In this document: positions 16,045-24,600 of the stretch, in pieces
How positions within the stretch are numbered: position 1 is the stretch's first letter
How the letters are laid out: the number at the start of each line of letters is the position of its first letter
From: a virus
Lineage: Duplodnaviria > Caudoviricetes
IMG/VR virus record: IMGVR_UViG_3300025502_000135
Location: 1 to 25,577 of that record
Direction: 5' to 3' (one strand)
DNA length: 25,577 bases
The notes under the pieces: model-generated
What the model saw: the letters and a program-made list of their open reading frames with translations, nothing else
What the model was told of the DNA's origin: nothing
Database searches by the model: none
Translations under genes and position numbers: made by a program

Positions 16045-16479
16045 ATGGCGGCACAAAAAGGTTTAGACTTACTATTAAAGATTGATATTTCAGGGACGTA
16101 CACTACCGTTGGTGGCCTACGCTCTACATCAATCACCATGAACGAAGAGTCCGTGGATGCTACTAGCAAAGACTCGCTAGGCTCTCGCACCCTACTTGCG
16201 GGCGGTGGAGTTCAAAGCATATCCATTTCTGGCTCTGGTATCTTTACTGATTCAGCGGCAGAGGTTGCGGTTCGGACGGCTTATGGGGCTCAGGCAAATA
16301 CCACTGATGGTTCCACAGGTCAAACAGCGGCCTTTGAAAGCTTCCAAGTAATCGTTCCTGATCTGGGCACATTCACTGGAGCATTCCAAATTACATCGCT
16401 GGAATATGCTGGCGAATACAATGGTGAAGCGTCTTATTCTATATCGTTAGAGTCAGCGGGCTATACTACGTTTGCATAA
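16045..16479 (+). CDS. Major tail tube protein (TP901-1/GTA type)
   Basis: MAAQKG.DLLLK, VGGLRSTSI, ISGSGIF.DSAAE, G.FQITSLEYAGEYNGE..Y.ISLESAG; AGGAG RBS. Confidence 0.95.
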   Translation: MAAQKGLDLLLKIDISGTYTTVGGLRSTSITMNEESVDATSKDSLGSRTLLAGGGVQSISISGSGIFTDSAAEVAVRTAYGAQANTTDGSTGQTAAFESFQVIVPDLGTFTGAFQITSLEYAGEYNGEASYSISLESAGYTTFA

Positions 16480-16491
16480 TGATGGAGGTGA

Positions 16492-16749
16492 ATGATGTCT
16501 TGGGCTATAGCTAAGATAAAAGTTAATTCTGTCAAAGTGCTGGGGATGATTAAGGGTGACAAGGTAACTTGCGCCTGTCCTGAGGGCTTTGATGGTGCGA
16601 GTGAGATAGTAGTAAACGGCAAGAAGCATGATGTGCTGGACTGCCGCCTTGACTCCAGAGATGGTGTCTTACATTTAATTGTCGCAAAAGCGGCTACAAA
16701 AAAGGAACAGTCAGATGACAAACCCAATGAAGGGCGAGCTACTTCTTAA
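16492..16749 (+). CDS. Hypothetical protein (85 aa) between tail tube and chaperone
   Basis: GGAGG RBS; fills the gap in the operon; no recognised motif. Confidence 0.65.
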   Translation: MMSWAIAKIKVNSVKVLGMIKGDKVTCACPEGFDGASEIVVNGKKHDVLDCRLDSRDGVLHLIVAKAATKKEQSDDKPNEGRATS

Positions 16750-17053
16750 ACTTGCAGGTAAGGATTACAAGTGCCGATTAACCATTGATGGCATTATCAA
16801 GATTGAAACTGAAATTGATAAGGGCATCATCGCGATCACTCAAAAATTAGCCTTGGCCGATGTCCGGGTGGGCGAGCTTGCTATTGTATTGCTTCATGCT
16901 CTTAGAGGTGGAGGCAATGACGTTAATATGGAAGATGTTAAAACCATCATTCAGAATGCGGGCATAGTAGAGTCATGTACCGTAGTCGCAAAACTTTTAG
17001 CAAAATCATTGAGTGACCCATCATCGGAGGGCGGTGACTCAAAAAAGGCGTAG
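16715..17053 (+). CDS. Tail assembly chaperone G (GTA gp10 family)
   Basis: MTNPMKGE..L.L.G..Y..RLT pattern, ALRGGG; ATG 16715 in frame with track ORF 16679. Confidence 0.88.
   Translation: MTNPMKGELLLKLAGKDYKCRLTIDGIIKIETEIDKGIIAITQKLALADVRVGELAIVLLHALRGGGNDVNMEDVKTIIQNAGIVESCTVVAKLLAKSLSDPSSEGGDSKKA
17041..17047 (+). other. Programmed -1 ribosomal frameshift slippery site A AAA AAG
   Basis: In phase X XXY YYZ (TCA AAA AAG GCG TAG); the -1 frame reads KKGVGDELEPIRW without a stop into ATG 17080. Confidence 0.85.
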
Positions 17054-17079
17054 GTGACGAGCTTGAGCCCATACGTTGG

Positions 17080-17265
17080 ATGCGATTCTTTGAAATATGC
17101 GTAGGGATGGCAGGGGTTCAGCCAAGTGAGTTTTGGGATATGTCGCCTATTGAAGTCTACGCAACGCTCAACGGTTTTAAGGAGTTTAACACTACGCCAG
17201 ATAAGGATAGTGGCCCCTTAGATCGGAACAGCCTTGAAACGCTAATGGAGTTATACCCCGACTAA
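17080..17265 (+). CDS. Tail assembly chaperone T portion (C-terminal part of the G-T frameshift product)
   Basis: G.QPSEFWDMSP.E and L..LMELYPD motifs; directly before TMP. Confidence 0.88.
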   Translation: MRFFEICVGMAGVQPSEFWDMSPIEVYATLNGFKEFNTTPDKDSGPLDRNSLETLMELYPD

Positions 17266-19637
17266 TGGCTACTGAAATTGATGAACTCGTCGTCCGTATC
17301 AAAGCTGATACCAAACAGCTTAATAAGGCATTAGACGATGTAAAGAAAAAAACCAAAGATGCAGGTCAGTCCGGTAAGAAAGGGCTATCTCCTGCAACTG
17401 GAGCCCTAGTCGGAATGAGGCTTGCGGCGAATGCGGCGGCGGGTGCGATCATAGCGTTGAAAGCGGCTATGCTGGGTGTTGGTGTTGTCGTGGCTGGTAT
17501 AGCTCTCTTGGTCGGCAAAAAAATAGCTGATGTAGGCATGGCTTTTGAGGACTTGCGAGTTTCCTTGAATACTGTGTTCGGTGGCATTAACCAGGGTCAG
17601 AAAGCCTTTGATCAGATTATCAGCTTTTCAAAAACAACCCCCTTTCAAATTGAAGATGTTACCAAGGCATTCATCAGGCTAAAATCTGCTGGCCTTGAGC
17701 CTAATATTGACATGCTTACAACCTTCGGTGATGCGGCCTCTATCGCTGGGGACGCTACTGAGGCTTTCGCGGCACTGGTTAAAATAGCCGCAAAATCTAC
17801 AGGCGGTGGCCTGGGCCTTGAGGAACTTGAGCAGCTAGAGACGCAGGGTATTGCAGTCTATCCAATTTTAAGAAAAGAACTTGACCTGACTAGAGACAAT
17901 ATCGCTGCATTTGGCAAGAGCACTGCTGGCGCGGCGCTCATCCTTAAATCATTGATAAAAGGACTCAAGGAAACCACCGGCGGCACAATGGCTGAATTGA
18001 TGGCTAACCTTTCCAACAAAACATCAAACCTGACTATCGCATTCAAAGAGCTTTCCTTGGCAATATTTGAATCTGGGTTTGCAGCTCAATTGAAAACCAT
18101 GACTGATTCAATCGCGGGCTTTATTGATAAAATAGCCTTCCTTATTCGTATTCGCAACAAACTGACGGCGGGGGATGATTTCACAATCACCGAAAACATA
18201 ACGCAGGTCAACAAGACGGTGGGGTCAGACTTAAGTAGTGGGTCGCGATCAGCAGATAAGAATGTCAGTCAGCTTTTCACAAACTTCAATCAGGCAATAA
18301 ACCTAGTCCCAACATTGGATATGGGTGCACTTGAAGGCGCACAGGAGTCACTTAAGTTAGCCCTCTCAGATTCTGAAGCAGATTTTGCTGAAGCAGTGGC
18401 TAAATTTAACAATCTTGCGGATGATGCTCCAGGTCTGAGGGTTGCAAATTTTGAGGCAGAAGTGACGGATCTAGCTACAGTTATTACTGCTCAGCGAAGT
18501 TTAAACCAAACAATAGAAGATAGAATATCTTTGCTGAAAAAGGCTGATGAGCTAGCACTCCCGGGTGAAATTGCCAGTGCCAGAAAGGAAGGCGCTGCAT
18601 TGATCGCACTGCCTGATTTGATTAAGCTGGCGCGACAAGTAGAAGAGGCCACATTTCCTTTTCTGGAGCTTGAGGAAGCAGTTGTGCAGGTAGGGTTAGC
18701 ATCTCTAATCACTGAGAAAGCGCTGAAAAAGGTTAATGGGGAATTTGTGGAATTTGATAAAGCAGTGTTCACCCCCACTCAAATAACAGACATGCTTGCT
18801 TTTCTTGGTAAGAAGAGGGCGGAACTGAAAGCTGAGATAGACGAGGGTATTCGGGATGCGTTTGATGCAGATAACGCAGATATTATAAGAGCAGTTGCGT
18901 CAGTGACAGACCCGATGATAGAAATGGAAGCAACGCTGGCTAGAATGAAAGCAAGGCTTGCTGAGGGCGATTCTATCGCTATGCTTGCGTTATTTGGCAC
19001 GGACGACCCAGAAGTTGTGCAGGGTATTATAGCGGCTGTTGCCGCTGATATGAAGGAGGCTGGCAAGTCTGCCGAAGACCTCGGAAACACGCTTGGGGCG
19101 CAACTAAAAGATGCTGTTGTATCAACTGCCCATGCATTCACTAATGAATTCGTCAACTCATTAATTGAGGGGCAAAACGCTTTAGAATCATTTAAGAACT
19201 TTGCCAAAAGCATGGTGTCACAAATCATAGCTATTTTTATGCAGATGGCTATCGTGAATGAAATAATAAACAATGTGTTTGGTCTAACTGGAGCTAATAG
19301 GCTTTCAACAGCATCAGTCCCCAACCCAACGGCTACCAACGCTAGCGGCGGACATTTTGAGGGAGGTCGGGCAATGTTGGTTGGTGAGCGCGGCCCTGAG
19401 CTAATCATTCCCAACAGTGGCGGCACTGTAATGAATAACATGAATTCAAAAAATGCTATGGGCGGGGGGCAAACTATCATAGTCAACCAAAGCCTAAACT
19501 TCTCAACGGGAGTGGTCGGGACAGTAAGGGCTGAAATACAAAGAATGCTACCCACGATAGCTGAGGTATCCAAAGCAAGCGTATTGGATGCAAGCCGTCG
19601 CGGTGGAAACTACAGAAAGGGGTTGTTTGGTGCCTAG
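17265..19637 (+). CDS. Tail tape measure protein (790 aa)
   Basis: MAT.IDELVVRI.ADT start, Ala-rich helical, FSKTTPFQI tape-measure domain, C-terminal ASGG....LVGERGPELIIP. Confidence 0.96.
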   Translation: MATEIDELVVRIKADTKQLNKALDDVKKKTKDAGQSGKKGLSPATGALVGMRLAANAAAGAIIALKAAMLGVGVVVAGIALLVGKKIADVGMAFEDLRVSLNTVFGGINQGQKAFDQIISFSKTTPFQIEDVTKAFIRLKSAGLEPNIDMLTTFGDAASIAGDATEAFAALVKIAAKSTGGGLGLEELEQLETQGIAVYPILRKELDLTRDNIAAFGKSTAGAALILKSLIKGLKETTGGTMAELMANLSNKTSNLTIAFKELSLAIFESGFAAQLKTMTDSIAGFIDKIAFLIRIRNKLTAGDDFTITENITQVNKTVGSDLSSGSRSADKNVSQLFTNFNQAINLVPTLDMGALEGAQESLKLALSDSEADFAEAVAKFNNLADDAPGLRVANFEAEVTDLATVITAQRSLNQTIEDRISLLKKADELALPGEIASARKEGAALIALPDLIKLARQVEEATFPFLELEEAVVQVGLASLITEKALKKVNGEFVEFDKAVFTPTQITDMLAFLGKKRAELKAEIDEGIRDAFDADNADIIRAVASVTDPMIEMEATLARMKARLAEGDSIAMLALFGTDDPEVVQGIIAAVAADMKEAGKSAEDLGNTLGAQLKDAVVSTAHAFTNEFVNSLIEGQNALESFKNFAKSMVSQIIAIFMQMAIVNEIINNVFGLTGANRLSTASVPNPTATNASGGHFEGGRAMLVGERGPELIIPNSGGTVMNNMNSKNAMGGGQTIIVNQSLNFSTGVVGTVRAEIQRMLPTIAEVSKASVLDASRRGGNYRKGLFGA

Positions 19638-20541
19638 AATAATTGATATACCGACTAACGTGGGGTACATAAGTTCTGACTTCTCATTAAATAGAACTTT
19701 GGGCGTAACAGTCTCGCCATTCTCAGGAAAACAGCGCACCCAAGAGTATGATGCGGTTTACTGGACAGGCAGGGTCACTCTCGCGCCAATGCGTAGAACA
19801 GAGGCAGTAGAGTGGCAGTCTTTCTTAATGGCCTTAGAAGGGCAAAAGAATTACTTTAGGATGGGAGACCCCGAGGGGAAGAATCCAAAAGGAACGTATA
19901 ACGGAGAGACTATCCTTGCGGATGTCCGGGTGAATTCTGGAGTTAATGTAGAGTCTGTAACGCTATCGTGGTCAATTTCAGGCGGTTCCACCATTACCGC
20001 AGGGACAGCCATATTTGATGGTTTGGCGGCTGGTGATTACATTACAGTTAGCGGAGCTTTTAACGAGCCCAATAATGGGACGTTCAAAATAGTCACAAAG
20101 ACAAGCGATACGGTAGTGGTGACGGATGGGTATTTCAATGACTCCGTGGAAACTAGCACTGCAAGTTGCAAGGTTCGCCAGAACGTAAAAGGGTCATCGG
20201 CTCTTAGTTTAAAGGCATCAGGCGATAGCATAGTGGGAACCGTCAAAAAGGGTGATTATCTGGCGGTATACAGCGCGGCTTCTACCTCTGGTCAGGAGCA
20301 GAAAATATCTCAGCTTGTTATGGCCACTGCGGATGCGGTTGTCGTTGTGGTTGCAGGTCGGGATACTTACTCAATACCCATTCAGCCTAAGTTGAGAGCC
20401 AATCTTGTTGATGATTACGTCATAGGGTTTTCAAGCTCAGTCAACAAAGGATTGTTCAGGTTAGACTCCAATAATGCTGATTGGGCGGCAAATAATAATT
20501 CTATTTATAATATTGTATTCAGCTTCATTGAGGTTATGTAA
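19630..20541 (+). CDS. Distal tail (Dit-like) protein with probable inserted domain
   Basis: Immediately after TMP; SPFSG.Q, W...V.L.PM, FL..L.G....F.MGDP, KGDY, IQPKLR, GLFRL; GTG 19630 has AAGGGG RBS. Confidence 0.75.
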   Translation: MPRIIDIPTNVGYISSDFSLNRTLGVTVSPFSGKQRTQEYDAVYWTGRVTLAPMRRTEAVEWQSFLMALEGQKNYFRMGDPEGKNPKGTYNGETILADVRVNSGVNVESVTLSWSISGGSTITAGTAIFDGLAAGDYITVSGAFNEPNNGTFKIVTKTSDTVVVTDGYFNDSVETSTASCKVRQNVKGSSALSLKASGDSIVGTVKKGDYLAVYSAASTSGQEQKISQLVMATADAVVVVVAGRDTYSIPIQPKLRANLVDDYVIGFSSSVNKGLFRLDSNNADWAANNNSIYNIVFSFIEVM

Positions 20542-21188
20542 TGGCCACTAGATCGGGCATAGATGCAAAAGCGGCCATTAAATTAACGGAAGATAATCAG
20601 CATATTATTTTTGCCATCAAAGCTGAGTTTGATACTAGCACCCTACTCCTACATTCTGGTGGCGGTGATCTTGAGATAAACTCAGAAACCTATACAGGCG
20701 CAGGTACATTACTGGCAGTATCTGATATTGAGGACTCTAATGATCTAAAAAGCGCAGGGGTGACGTTCCAACTATCAGGAATGAACGCTACCGTTTTGGG
20801 CTATGCTGTATCAGAGAATTATCAAAATAGGCCAATCACCTTGTTTCTGGCGTTTGTTAGTGGTGGCACTGACCATGTTGATGGCGTTATGACTCTATAC
20901 AAGGGTAGGATGGTTTCTACATCAATAACTGACTCACCCACTGATGGAGTAATGATAACCCTAATCACCGAAAACAGACTGCTAGACCTAGAGCGCCCAT
21001 GCAATTACCGATACACTAAAGAGTCGCAAGTGGCTTTGGAAGGGAGTGGTGACACAGGGTTTGATGCGGTTGAGAAATTGCAGGATGCAGAGGTACTGTG
21101 GGGCAGGGGTTACGGTGGTGGAGGCGGCAGTGGCGGTCATGGTGGGGGTTTGCCCGCTCAGGTGCTTCCGGGTCTAAATTCAGATTGA
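20541..21188 (+). CDS. Minor tail / hub protein (lambda gpL-like position)
   Basis: TYTGAG.LL.VS.IE, LSG, YQNRP, ENRL.DLERP...RYT.ESQ, D.GF..V, WG then Gly-rich tail. Confidence 0.82.
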   Translation: MATRSGIDAKAAIKLTEDNQHIIFAIKAEFDTSTLLLHSGGGDLEINSETYTGAGTLLAVSDIEDSNDLKSAGVTFQLSGMNATVLGYAVSENYQNRPITLFLAFVSGGTDHVDGVMTLYKGRMVSTSITDSPTDGVMITLITENRLLDLERPCNYRYTKESQVALEGSGDTGFDAVEKLQDAEVLWGRGYGGGGGSGGHGGGLPAQVLPGLNSD

Positions 21189-21198
21189 GGATATAGCA

Positions 21199-21621
21199 AT
21201 GGCTAAAAAACTCCCAGATTGGGAACAACGGTATCACGCATTCATGATTGAAAATAAAGATAGAAGTTTTCAATGGGGTGAGTGGGATTGTGTAAAGTTC
21301 GCAGATGCGGCGTTCAAGGCAATGACAGGCGAAGATTTAATTCCTGAAGAGCTAACATGGCACGATGAAGAAAGTGCTGGCGAAGCTATCAAATCCTATG
21401 GGAAAACACTCCAGCAAAGTATGGTCAAAGGCACCAAGCTCAAGGGCCTGAAGGTGATTAAAAAGGAATACATTTCAAAAGGCGATATTGTGGTCTTTAA
21501 GTTTGAAGGTAAGCAGGTCACTGGAGTCTGTGATGGTTTTGCAATTTTGAGCCCATCAGATAAAGGCTATAGTTTTAGGGGCAATGAGTTAGCTATAAAG
21601 GTGTTCAGAATAGATGGCTAA
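21199..21621 (+). CDS. NlpC/P60-like tail-associated protein (DUF6950-like)
   Basis: K..DW, FQWGEWDCVKFA...AMTGED, GDIV; position equivalent to lambda gpK. Confidence 0.8.
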   Translation: MAKKLPDWEQRYHAFMIENKDRSFQWGEWDCVKFADAAFKAMTGEDLIPEELTWHDEESAGEAIKSYGKTLQQSMVKGTKLKGLKVIKKEYISKGDIVVFKFEGKQVTGVCDGFAILSPSDKGYSFRGNELAIKVFRIDG

Positions 21622-24600
21622 GGTAATTAAAGCGGCAATCATTGCCGTTGTTGTTGTAGTTATAACGGTTGCGGCAGTTATACAGTTTGGCCCAGCGGGC
21701 GTTCTTGTAACCCAAGGGATGTGGGGCGCGGCGGCTGTAACAATGTACCTGACGGCTTTTGTAGGCACACTAGTCGCTGGCGGCATAGGAATGCTCTCAT
21801 CTAAAGGCATGGGGGCTAGTGGGGCGAACTTTGGAACTAAGGTATCAGCCAAGGCTGGAGCCGCGCCCAGACAGCTAATTTACGGCACAACTAGGGTTGG
21901 CGGCACCATCGTTAAAATGGATACGCGAGGCTCAAGCGGCAATATCTTATGTATGAGCATCGTTGTCGCAGGGCATGAATGCGATGGCTGGGACGACATA
22001 TATTTTAATGAAACCAAGCTAACTCATACCAATGCTACAACTAGCGGCGAGACAGTCTACACGGCAACGAATGCAAAGTTTTCTAACTCAGAAAATGCCC
22101 TTGCTTTTGGCGGCACTAGCCTAGCTCGGTGGACATTCCATGACGGCACCCAAGATGCGGTGGACGGGCTTGGCGCGGCAGGTAGTGCAGTAAGATACCC
22201 TTCATCATGCAAGCTACTGGGCGTAACATATTTCTATATGGAGATAATTTATGACCCTGAAGATATGCCTAGTATGCCTAGCATTTGGTTCGTTATGCGG
22301 GGTAAAAATATATGGGACCCGCGAACAAGCGCCATATCAACCACCGACCTACAAAGACAAAACCCAGCCCTTCAAATTAGAGATTACTTATCTAATACCC
22401 TCTATGGTTTAAAGGCGTTAGATTCTGAGATAAACGACACCACAGGCGGGGGCGGTTTTCAATCAGCGGCCAATACTTGCGATCAAGATGTGACTTTGGC
22501 TGATGGTTCTACACTAGAGACCCGCTATACCTCTAACGGATTCTCAAATTTCTCAGCAAGTGGCTCTGGTTTAATTGAATCAATAACCACCGCTTGCGCG
22601 GGTAACGTCACTTATACCAACGGCAAATTTAATCTATTCGCTGGAGCATCTCAAACTCCAGCGTTGACTATTAATGACGACAATATTTTAGCGGCACCTA
22701 AAATTACAACCCAGTCTATGAGTGGGGAATTATTTAATTCTGTTAAATCCATATTCGTCAATAAGGACGACAATTACCAAGCATCCGAAGTGACGCAATA
22801 CAACGGTACAGCCTTTCTTGCGGCTGATACCCCATCAGGTGAAGCATCGGCAAACTTTGCTCGCACCCTTGAACTTAAATATCCTTTTACTACCTCAGAA
22901 ACGATGGCGCAACGGCTACAGAGAATTGGCCTTGAACATCAAAGGCAGTCAACTTCTCTGGAGGTTTTAACTTCTCTTGAGTTTATGAAAACACAGCCTA
23001 ACGACTGGATATACGTTACAAACTCTAGGCTAGGGTATACAAACAAAATATTTGAGATTCAGGGTATGTCTATGACGTTCCTTGAGAATGACGGGAACAT
23101 CTTTGCGGCCACCTCATTGCAGTTACAGGAGATGTCCACTGATGTGTTTGGGTTTGTCTACGATTCCTATTCAACGCCACAGGCTAACGCGACAGCGCCT
23201 GTCATCGGCACTCTAGCTGTAGACCCCCCAACTATAGGCACACCAGTGCAGGTGACTAATGTTGAAGGTCAAACTGCCAAGATTAATATCAAGGTTGTAT
23301 GGACAAATGTAGTAGATAGCTCAATCCAAGGAACTGAAATACAATTTCGGGAAGTCACAGACCCAGTTTCTGAGTACCAAAGTGCAACGCTCGCGGGTAA
23401 AGGTCTGACCACAGCGGAGATAGCAAACGTCACTGTGGGGATTTCATACGATATTCGGGTGCGCCATTTCTCCTTTGATAACGTGTACAGCGTATATTCA
23501 AGTGTGGCCACTATTACGATAGCCCAGCCTGACACTATTCTCGCTATTGTCGCAAACACAATAACCACTACCACTGACAAGCCATTTAATGTCCAACTAG
23601 GGTGGACTAACCCTGCAAACACGAATCTTAGGGCAGTAGAGGTTCATTACGCAACAACATCAGGTTTCATCCCCAGCGCAGGAAATCTTGTTGGCACCTA
23701 TTACGGTGACATCGCCAAGAAAAAGACAGTGCTTATCGGCAAGTCTCAAGGGCTTGAATACGATACTGATTATTACTTTCAGCTAAGGGCCATTAACATT
23801 TATGGCAGTGCATCCGCTTATACGGAAAGCCCAGTCGCTAAAATGCTAAAGGCTACAACCGCCGATGTGGAGAACTTGAATGCCTCGGTTATTACGGCGG
23901 GCGAGATTGATGCCGAAGTTATTACGGTGGTCAACCTAGACGCCAGTGAAATCAAAACTGGCAAGCTGACCCTCTCAGGAAGCACCGCCGATGCAGTTAG
24001 GCTTGGTAAGGCTACCTATGAAGATTCCACTACAGGCGGTTTCTTTTTAGGCTTCACAGCGTCAGGCACCATTGAGGAGGCCCTATATATAGGCACAGCC
24101 GCAAACGGTCTTAGGTATACCCCAACAGGCGGGTTAATCGTAACGGGGAGCATAACGGCCACCACAGGCGAGATAGGCGGCTTCACCGTCAGCGCGACAT
24201 CATTGATTGCGGGAACAGGCGCGACAAGAATATCCTTAGATACTGCCGCTGGTATCAGTATGGGCCACAACACCTTTGCATCCGCGCCATTTAGAGTCAA
24301 TCTTGCGGGTGACTTGGTCGCTACAAGCGCGACTATTCAAGGTGCGATCACCGCTACCTCTGGAGCAATCGCAAACCTCACGATAGACACCAACAAAATC
24401 TATTCAGGGACAGGCACGTTTAATAACGCTAACACTCCTTTCTATGTTGATAATGCAGGTCAGCTTAGCCTCAAGAACAAGCTATCTTGGAATGGCACCA
24501 CTCTAACGATTGATGGTGGCGGTACGTTCAGTGGGGCTTTATCTGCGGCATCAGGAACCTTTGCGGGGGCGCTATCAGGCGGCACTATTTCCATAGGCTC

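Noticed and set aside
18491-19573. Long minus-strand ORFs (264 aa and 95 aa) opposite the tape measure gene
   Set aside because: Antisense shadows of an Ala/Glu-rich gene; Ser/Ile-rich with no motifs or RBS
76-21621. RcGTA-like gene transfer agent cluster
   Set aside because: Tail genes are GTA-like, but the Mu-F head protein, 790-aa tape measure, early-type gene island and large accessory cassette point to a genuine phage; cannot be fully excluded without flanks
429-24300. Other short minus-strand or alternative-frame ORFs nested inside structural and cassette genes (e.g. 429-773, 6754-7092, 9437-9760, 10798-11226, 14879-15130, 23269-23622)
   Set aside because: Fully overlap well-supported genes and lack recognisable motifs or start signals
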